Shown: positions 19,450-26,133 of the stretch, piece by piece
How positions within the stretch are numbered: position 1 is the first letter of the stretch
How the letters are laid out: every line of letters begins with the position of its first letter
Source: a virus
Lineage: Duplodnaviria > Caudoviricetes
IMG/VR virus record: IMGVR_UViG_3300046782_000740
Location: 1 to 62,775 of that record
Strand: one strand, 5' to 3'
DNA: 62,775 bases
The notes under the pieces: model-generated
Seen by the model: only the letters and a program-made list of their open reading frames with translations
Databases searched by the model: none
Told to the model about the DNA's origin: nothing
Made by a program: the position numbers and the translations under genes

Positions 19450-20110
19450 CCTCAAGCGCACCTCGGACGTCGTGCATGATGGCGTCCCACATCTCGGGGT
19501 AGGATGCAGCGAGCCGCCGTTGCACGAGTCCCAGGATGGCTTCTGCGACGGCCTGGCTCTCCCGCGAGATCGACTCGGACTTCATCGCCTCGGTGTACTT
19601 CTGCAACTGGTTGATGTAGCTCAAAAGCTGGGCGTTCAACTGTGAGTGCTCCGCCGGAGCGTAGCTGCGTCCCGAGGTCTCCATCTGCCTGAGCCTGACG
19701 TGCAACCCGGCTACACGCTCGCACAGTAGCTCGTAGTGCGGCCCGCCGTCGATGAACTGGCCCTGCAGCCTGGACAGGGTGTGCTGGTACTGCGCCTGGT
19801 ACTCGGGGCTGGACGGTAGCTCTAACGCCTTGCGACGCAGATTCTCTGACTGGCCCTGTGCCTGGTCGGCGATCTCCGACCATCGCCGGTACGCGTTCCT
19901 GATGTTGCGTCTGGCCTGCTCCAGCCCGTCTGGGTCAAGCTCGGGGTCGATGTCGTCGGCGATGCGCTGGCACTCGTCCCACTCGTCGAAGGCCCGCCGC
20001 AGGGCCAGCAGGGTCAGCTTGAGGCGCTCTTCTGGATCAAGCTCGGGCGCGTCCAGCACAGGTGGTCTGGTGGACGGCGCCTCGTCGTCGCGGACCAGCG
20101 TCGGCGGCAT
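19433..20110 (-). CDS. First late-operon gene; helical protein, terminase small subunit candidate
   Basis: 225 aa, alpha-helical character, at the head of the packaging operon. Function inferred from position only. Confidence 0.5.
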   Translation of the reverse strand: MPPTLVRDDEAPSTRPPVLDAPELDPEERLKLTLLALRRAFDEWDECQRIADDIDPELDPDGLEQARRNIRNAYRRWSEIADQAQGQSENLRRKALELPSSPEYQAQYQHTLSRLQGQFIDGGPHYELLCERVAGLHVRLRQMETSGRSYAPAEHSQLNAQLLSYINQLQKYTEAMKSESISRESQAVAEAILGLVQRRLAASYPEMWDAIMHDVRGALEGARAA

Positions 20111-20194
20111 GGTGCCAGCGTAGCACGAATTGTGCATTGGGGGGCGGCGTGTATACGATTGGGGGCACTAACCGGTGCGGGTGGTGGGACACCC

Positions 20195-20482
20195 ATGCAG
20201 GCTAGAGAACTGGAGTTGGACATGAGCGTACGCAACGGATCTCTTTCAGGCAGGTTAGGCACGGTGGAGACGTCGATCCTCGAACTGTTACTGGAAGATT
20301 ACAAACTGGCGGCTCGGCGAGATCACTGCTCGCGCCAGGACTTCGCGGCGGGCTGGCTGGCATTGCTGTCTCGACTGCGCACACGCGGCGTGGACAGGAG
20401 CCTGCTGCGCTGGGCCTGCCCCGAGCACCCGATGGGCGCCCTGGAGCAAAGCTCGCTGGAGCAAGAGATGACCGCCGCGTAA
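20195..20482 (+). CDS. Hypothetical protein (95 aa), paralog of the C-terminal domain of 20568..21446
   Basis: SRQDFAAGWLALL motif shared with the neighbour. Confidence 0.6.
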   Translation: MQARELELDMSVRNGSLSGRLGTVETSILELLLEDYKLAARRDHCSRQDFAAGWLALLSRLRTRGVDRSLLRWACPEHPMGALEQSSLEQEMTAA

Positions 20483-20502
20483 CTGGAATTAGTTCCAGAA
20501 AC

Positions 20503-20532
20503 TTGACAACCATTTCCGGCCCGTGGTAGGAT
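20503..20532 (+). promoter_or_regulatory. Sigma70/SigA-type promoter
   Basis: TTGACA-N18-TAGGAT, preceded by the palindrome CTGGAATTAGTTCCAG. Confidence 0.75.
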
Positions 20533-20567
20533 GATTCCTATCTACGGAAAAGGAGTGGTTGTCAGTT

Positions 20568-21446
20568 ATGGCACTACGCAGAAACAAAAGCACGGGTGGC
20601 TGGGAGCGTCAGCAGCCCGATGGCACATGGTTAGAGGTGGCGGGTCCGAGCGCCGCGCCGCCCGTCGGGGTCGCCGCTCCCGTAGCGGACTCGCTCGACG
20701 CGGCGCTGGACGAGGCATTCGACGCCGCGCTGGACGAGGCATTCGAGGCGTCCCAAAAACCCACCGAGCCCGTATCGGCGAATGGCTCCCAGGATTCGGC
20801 AGAGCCTGCGCCTGCTGCTTCGGTCAGTGAGCCGTCCCCCACGCTTGAGGCTGCCGTCGTCGAGGGCCAATTCACCGAGGTGCCCAGCGACGGAGCACAG
20901 GTTGTTGAGGGTGCTGCGGACGCGGGGCTCGACTTCGACATCCCTGGGCTGACGTCCTCAGACGGATCCAAAGGCACCAGGGGCGCCGCCGGTGTGCGCG
21001 ACCGCCTGATGGCCCGTCGGGGCACGGGAGGCCGCTCCACAGTTAGTGGTGCTCGCTCGGGTACGGGCGAGGGCACGGTGGTGGTAGCCGAGCGCGCCGC
21101 TCGGGCAAGCGGCCCCGCCGTCCGCGACGGCACCGAGGCCAGAGGACGCAGGGGGCGTTCTGGCGCACCCAGTCGGCCATCCACAGTTGGGTCGGGGACC
21201 GCTTCTGGTGGAGCGGCCAAGGCTGCCAGGTACACCGCGAAACCTGCGCCGGGTATCCTGAGTTCGTCTCCGAAGTGGGTACAGGATCTGTTCGAGGCGC
21301 ACTTCCGTTCGGACATGACGCTTCGGCTTCGACGGGAAAACAACCGGATGAAGATCAGTCGGCAGGACTATGCAATCGGGTGGCTGACGCTGCTGGCCAA
21401 GGTGAAGGAGGATCCGAGCATCCTGCGACTGAAGGACAAGGGGTAG
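20568..21446 (+). CDS. Hypothetical protein (292 aa): disordered acidic then basic region plus a conserved C-terminal helical domain
   Basis: AAGGAG RBS downstream of the promoter; SRQDYAIGWLTLL motif. Confidence 0.75.
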   Translation: MALRRNKSTGGWERQQPDGTWLEVAGPSAAPPVGVAAPVADSLDAALDEAFDAALDEAFEASQKPTEPVSANGSQDSAEPAPAASVSEPSPTLEAAVVEGQFTEVPSDGAQVVEGAADAGLDFDIPGLTSSDGSKGTRGAAGVRDRLMARRGTGGRSTVSGARSGTGEGTVVVAERAARASGPAVRDGTEARGRRGRSGAPSRPSTVGSGTASGGAAKAARYTAKPAPGILSSSPKWVQDLFEAHFRSDMTLRLRRENNRMKISRQDYAIGWLTLLAKVKEDPSILRLKDKG

Positions 21447-21573
21447 GGAGAGGGGGCTGACTTTACCTAGCCGGTAAAAGGGAAAAATTTTTTGGGGGCT
21501 CGCACCGTCCCCGAATAGCGCCCCAAGTGGTGCGTAGCACCACGGGGGGGCGCCTCCCCCCCTGCTTGCAGGG

Positions 21574-22598
21574 GGGGAGCTTCGCTGCGCGCGCGGCGGC
21601 GGCGGCGCTGGGCGGGGGTGCCCCCCGCTTAGCGCGTGCCTGCCGCTAGCTGCAGCGTACCCGCGCCGCGTGGCGCAGCGCATGGGGTGCAGGGCGTGCG
21701 CAGCACGCCCTCCAACACCCATGCCCGCTGCCCATGCGGCAGCGCCTGGCCGCGCGCTGGCGTGGCGGAAGCGGGGCATACGCCCGCTCACCGCCGCGCA
21801 GTGCGCGCTGCGCAAGAGCGCACCTCCAGGCCAGGGCTACGGCGCAGCCGTCGCCCACTGGCCAGGAGGCGAGCACGGTCGCTGCCCATCGGGCAGCGCA
21901 GGCCAGGCCGTGCGCCTTCGGCGCACGACCCGAGCCTGGCGCGGCGGACGCCGCTCCTGCCCCAGCGACAGCCAGCGGCACGCTGCGCTGCAGCGCTGCC
22001 GTCGGTCGGCGCGCCGCCGTGCGCGGCGTCTGCGTCGAGCGTGCTCGGCTCGCGCGCCCCGCGCCCATCGCCTCGTTGCTGGCAAGCGGCGCTTGCCTGC
22101 GTGCGGCAACGCCCCGAAGACTGGCCTGGGCGGCGAGCCGCCCGGGCCAGGCGAACAGCAGGGGAGATAGCCGAGCGCTGCTCGGCCCATCTTCTGCGCT
22201 CACGGGCACAGCGGCGGAGCGACTTCGTCGTTCCGCTTGGGCACGTGCTCGTGCGGCCCACATGCCGCGACCTCTGGCGTCGGACGTCTGCCCTGGCCGC
22301 GCGCTATCGTCGCGTCCGCGCGGGCTCGCGGCCCCTCGCCAGATCCACACGCGCGTCCCTCGCACAGTGGGACGCGGGCTTGCCCAGCGTCGCACCTCCC
22401 GCCTTTCGTTGGTTGCGCGGGTTCGGCGTAGCCGACCACGCGCGGTCGCGGCCGTCGCTGCCTCCGAGGTCTCAGGTTGTCGCCGGGGCGAACCTCTTGG
22501 GATGGCACCAGCAGACCACACGCTGGCATTTCAAATGTAACCCAGCGGTAAAGGGAGCAAGCTCCCCCGTCACCTGCCAAGGGGCGACACACAGTGAG
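21574..22598. repeat. Left (non-coding) arm of a giant imperfect inverted repeat, complementary to 22627-23829
   Basis: Its reverse complement aligns colinearly by hand with the promoter, RBS and four genes to the right, with many short deletions. Confidence 0.92.
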
Positions 22599-22648
22599 TC
22601 GGCAAGCCGACCGCCCGCAAGGGGCTCTCACTGTGACTCGCCTTATCC

Positions 22649-22677
22649 TTGACAGGAGCCGGCCACTGTGTTACTAT
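22649..22677 (+). promoter_or_regulatory. Sigma70/SigA-type promoter inside the fold-back stem
   Basis: TTGACA-N17-TACTAT, then AAGGAGG RBS and ATG at 22729. Confidence 0.85.
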
Positions 22678-22728
22678 ATTTGATGCCAGCGGTGGAGCCG
22701 CTGAGCCACACCAAGGAGGTTGCCCCTC

Positions 22729-23133
22729 ATGGCAACAACCCTCGATACCCTCGTCGGGAGCAGCGACTCCCCCCGCGACCGCTCGGTCGTGGTCGACTAC
22801 AGCGCCGAACTCCGCAAGCACACCAACGAGAAGAGCGGCGAGGTCAGCTACGCGCTGGTCATCTCCCCCGTCTTCTCCACTGGTGCGAAGGGCCGCAACG
22901 CGCTGTGGATCTGGCTCGATGGGCCCGCTTCGCTCCGCGCCTTCCGCGACTCGATGCAGCGCACGGCCAAGGGCATCGACGCTCTCGACGCCAAGATGGT
23001 CGCGGCCAAGGAGTGGGCCGCCCGACCAGTCGCGCCCAAAGCGGAAGCGGGCAAGCCCGCCTCCTCCGCCGCTGCGCCCGTTGAGGCTCCGAAGACGGTC
23101 CTCGACAACGCGCTCTCCGATCTCCCCTTCTGA
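22729..23133 (+). CDS. Putative ssDNA-binding protein or SSB C-terminal mimic (134 aa)
   Basis: Strong RBS; beta-rich N-domain plus helix (PC4/PUR-like by eye), Ala/Pro linker, C-terminal SDLPF like the bacterial SSB tip. Confidence 0.65.
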   Translation: MATTLDTLVGSSDSPRDRSVVVDYSAELRKHTNEKSGEVSYALVISPVFSTGAKGRNALWIWLDGPASLRAFRDSMQRTAKGIDALDAKMVAAKEWAARPVAPKAEAGKPASSAAAPVEAPKTVLDNALSDLPF

Positions 23134-23189
23134 TGTTCGCCTGGCTGGGGCGCGCGCTTGCGCCCCAGGCCGTTCTTCGGAGCATTGCC

Positions 23190-23546
23190 ATGCACACGCA
23201 GGAAATCGCCACTATTCGCCAGCAACTCGCGGACATCCGCGCGTGGCTCGCTGAGACCGAGCACAAGCTCGACCGCATGACGCTCGCGCCCAAGGCGGCG
23301 CCGCTGTCGACCGACGAGATCATCGCTGCAGCGTCCAGCGCGACCGCTGTCTACAAGTCGCTGGAGCAGGAACTCGGCGTCGACCGCCGCACCATCCTGG
23401 CTCGGGTCGAGCGCCTGGTCAAGGCGCACAACCTGGCCGAGCGCTTCCCCGAGTGGGGCACCGACCTCAAGCTCGCCAAGTACCTGGCCGAGCGGGTCGA
23501 CGGCGACCGCCGCCGCATCACCGTGGCTCTGGAGGCGCTCTCATGA
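23190..23546 (+). CDS. Coiled-coil plus HTH-like protein (118 aa)
   Basis: GGAG RBS; YKSLEQELGVDRRTILARVERL resembles an HTH. Confidence 0.7.
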   Translation: MHTQEIATIRQQLADIRAWLAETEHKLDRMTLAPKAAPLSTDEIIAAASSATAVYKSLEQELGVDRRTILARVERLVKAHNLAERFPEWGTDLKLAKYLAERVDGDRRRITVALEALS

Positions 23547-23674
23547 GCGCCTCGCGCCACCCCGCGCACAGGGGTGAGCGGCGCGCGCTTCGCGCCATCG
23601 ACCAGCGCAAGCGCGACCAGGCCGCTGCCCGCAAGGCAGCGCGCGCCCTGGTCAGTTGGAGGGCGGCTCGATGA
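23543..23674 (+). CDS. Small Arg/Ala-rich protein (43 aa)
   Basis: GGAGG RBS; ATGA coupling on both sides. Confidence 0.65.
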   Translation: MSASRHPAHRGERRALRAIDQRKRDQAAARKAARALVSWRAAR

Positions 23675-23841
23675 GCCGCCTTCCCCTCCTGCGCTGCGGC
23701 TACTGCGGGCGCATGATCTCGCAACAGCGCGGCAAGCCCGCGCCCCACAAGTGGGTGCAGGCTCCGCGACCAGGCGCTCGCGCCTCTGGCCCGTGGTGCG
23801 TCGGCGGCGCGCGGCAGCTACCGCTCCCCGGGCTCGGCTAA
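23671..23841 (+). CDS. Small Zn-finger-like protein (56 aa)
   Basis: GGAGG RBS; ATGA coupling; CGYC...H...C. Confidence 0.65.
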   Translation: MSRLPLLRCGYCGRMISQQRGKPAPHKWVQAPRPGARASGPWCVGGARQLPLPGLG

Positions 23842-24109
23842 CGCCGGGCCTTCGCTGCCCTACCGGGCCGCTGTCGCGGCCCTCGCCTCGCACTAGCCCG
23901 CCCCCCTGCGGGGCGGGCACCGGCTGGCTGCGCCAGCCGGAAGCACCTGGCACGGCGCGCGCTCCGCGCGCTGGGCCAGGCGCGCCGCTCCCCCTGCGGG
24001 GGGCGGGCTAGCTTGTCCGAGGCCGACGGCTGGGCCCTGCGGCTTGCGGAGTCTTGCTGCCGGCTAAAACAAGAGGCCCGAGCGCGCACAGGGGCACCAC
24101 CCCCTGGGT

Positions 24110-24410
24110 ACATTAGCAAACGCCCTGATTGTTACGTCAACCGGTGTTCTGTCTACTAGACATAACTATCTGGGGTTTTGCTAATAACACGCCGGATGTT
24201 GCATATACAGGCCCGGATAGCCTATATGCTATTCCGGCGTAAATAACCGGTAACAATCCCGGTCTTTATGGTGTGGATAAGAACAGGCCCGTTTTCAGGG
24301 TACCGGGCCTAACATCCACATTTGCCACGCCGTAAGCTCCCCGGTAACGGCTCTCGGAGCCGAAAAAGGGCCATTCCTTATCCACACCATAAGAACCCAG
24401 GCTGTGATCT
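24110..24410. other. AT-richer non-coding region with nested inverted repeats and two DnaA boxes; candidate replication or priming origin
   Basis: TGTGGATAA at 24272-24280 and TTATCCACA at 24378-24386 lie within a 16-bp perfect inverted repeat. Confidence 0.6.
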
Positions 24411-24475
24411 TGAGCCTTAGCCAATCGTGGATTAGATCCTTGCACAACCACAGACAACCTGCTAGGCTTCTGCCC

Positions 24476-25636
24476 ATGCCCGACGCATCCCCAGACTTGT
24501 TGGCTCTCTCCAAGCGAGTCGTCGACTCACCCACTGTGTCCCTGGAGACCGGTGGTCGCTATCTGCCTGTTCTCGATCTCCGTCCTGATAGCGATACAGC
24601 GGGGCTCATCACCGTAGCCGATGGTCGAGTGCTCTACATGGGCTATCTGTGGCCCACACCTCCACCTCCGCCCTACCCGACCTACATTCCCACCCTACCC
24701 AAGGTCGACACTGAGGTGCATGGGCTACTCAACCACTTCACCTTCTACGCCGAGGATCCATGGCGAGCACTCTCGGTCTACGCTATGCGGCTCAACACAG
24801 TGGAGCGCTTCGCCCGGGATGAGAACGACGACATGCTGCACGTTCGCATCGGTGTCGAGCAGTCGCTGTGGCGCAGGCTCTACCACCGCACGCTCAGGCA
24901 GAGCGTGATGAGTCACGTTGAGCACGATCTCGAAAGCAGCGACCACATGTGGTGGCGAGGGCCGTACCCCGACACGTACACCGGTCGTCCCAGAGTCAAG
25001 CTGCCCGGATACAACTATCTGCCCGTCTATCGCCTGCTGTGGCCTCTGGAGCGTCCGCATCTGCTCATTCCTGACGGGCGCCCGCGCAAGATCAGCTACC
25101 TGTGCAACGACAAGCACTCTGACGACCCTGCTCAGGACTTCCGCATGTGCGTCAACCCGCACCACTTCGAGGAGTCTGTGCCAAAAGCCTGGCGTCTCGA
25201 TCAGCACACCCGGCGAGGTGTGGCGAACGAGCTATTGCAGTTCAGGTTCCCGCTCTCGCAGATCAGCATCCGCAACTTCGCCGAAGATGGGAAGCCGCTG
25301 CTCGGCACGTGCCCTAACGGGCACGACGTCGGCGAAGAGGTGATCAGGAACTACAACGAAGGCGTCGGCTCGAACCGGTTCATCTGCTATCCCTGCAAGG
25401 TACAGGCGTACAAGATCCAGCGAGCTATGGGCCGCGAGACCGCCCGCACCCGCAATCGCTGGGAGCCCACGCTGGCGGAGCTTGATGAGATGCATGTCGG
25501 GCTGCGTCGCCAACTACCGGACCGATACACAGGGCCTGACAGTCTGGATGCAGACATAGAAGAACTCAAGCGCTTGATGGTGCTCGATAAGGCAGCCGAA
25601 AGCGGGGCTTCTAGTCCCGGCTATATAGACGAGTAG
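24476..25636 (+). CDS. Protein with a degenerate His-Me finger/HNH-like Zn loop and a CPNGH..CxxC zinc module (386 aa)
   Basis: G.P.VK...VYRLLW...ISYLC...CVNPHHF and TCPNGH...CYPC. Start uncertain, possibly leaderless. Confidence 0.65.
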   Translation: MPDASPDLLALSKRVVDSPTVSLETGGRYLPVLDLRPDSDTAGLITVADGRVLYMGYLWPTPPPPPYPTYIPTLPKVDTEVHGLLNHFTFYAEDPWRALSVYAMRLNTVERFARDENDDMLHVRIGVEQSLWRRLYHRTLRQSVMSHVEHDLESSDHMWWRGPYPDTYTGRPRVKLPGYNYLPVYRLLWPLERPHLLIPDGRPRKISYLCNDKHSDDPAQDFRMCVNPHHFEESVPKAWRLDQHTRRGVANELLQFRFPLSQISIRNFAEDGKPLLGTCPNGHDVGEEVIRNYNEGVGSNRFICYPCKVQAYKIQRAMGRETARTRNRWEPTLAELDEMHVGLRRQLPDRYTGPDSLDADIEELKRLMVLDKAAESGASSPGYIDE

Positions 25637-25650
25637 CTGTTGCAGGAGAC

Positions 25651-25680
25651 TTGACAATCTCCCCCACCCCATAGTACGAT
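25651..25680 (+). promoter_or_regulatory. Sigma70/SigA-type promoter
   Basis: TTGACA-N18-TACGAT. Confidence 0.8.
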
Positions 25681-25742
25681 GTCGGGGCATCGGTCCCCTG
25701 GGCTGGGATCGGTAGCTTGTTCCTTGAGGAGGACAGCACAGC

Positions 25743-26129
25743 ATGCCCGAGGATCCCCACTTCACCGAGGCTGAGAAGCAGGCCGTGGTCTCAGCCATGA
25801 AAGAGTTCGGCAACTGCCAGTGCAAGCAGGTAGTCGCCGACCCCGAGACTCACAGGCTCAAGACCATCGAGGTGTGCGACGGCCACCGGTTCCTCGCCGA
25901 GACCGACGGGCCGCAGTCGCTGGCTCGCCTGCATCGGCTGCTGTACGTGCGCCGCACCAGGCACCGCTGGATCGAGAACGAATACGTCGGTCGCTGCAAA
26001 GGCTGCGGCGATGCGGCTGCACAGTTTGGTGTGGGCAGCGCGAAGCAGTGCATCCGCTGCGAACTGAACGCGGCGCCAACGGCACCCGAGCCTGCCGCAC
26101 CGGTCGACTCGCCAGCGCTGCCGTGGTAA
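25743..26129 (+). CDS. Cys-rich hypothetical protein (128 aa)
   Basis: CCTTGAGGAGG RBS; CxC and CxxC pairs. Confidence 0.75.
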   Translation: MPEDPHFTEAEKQAVVSAMKEFGNCQCKQVVADPETHRLKTIEVCDGHRFLAETDGPQSLARLHRLLYVRRTRHRWIENEYVGRCKGCGDAAAQFGVGSAKQCIRCELNAAPTAPEPAAPVDSPALPW

Positions 26130-26133
26130 TGCC

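Larger units (their letters stand above)
22627..23829. repeat. Right (coding) arm of the giant imperfect inverted repeat
   Basis: Example: the reverse complement of 22105-22157 (tgttcgcctggc...tcttcggggcgttgcc) matches 23134-23189 (tgttcgcctggc...tcttcggagcattgcc). Confidence 0.92.

Noticed and set aside
20693-20748. Direct repeat GACGCxGCGCTGGACGAGGCATTCGA
   Set aside because: In-frame 24-nt duplication (DAALDEAF twice) in a disordered protein.
21574-22598. Left arm as an ordinary pseudogene duplication or an assembly artefact
   Set aside because: An artefact would be near-identical. Neutral decay would not give regular one-sided deletions, strand-biased wobble pairs and matched side hairpins.
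21636-22652. Long ORFs on both strands in the left arm (338, 291, 268 aa and others)
   Set aside because: Arg/Ala/Pro-rich, without RBS or codon bias. They arise from high GC and from mirroring the real genes with frameshifts.
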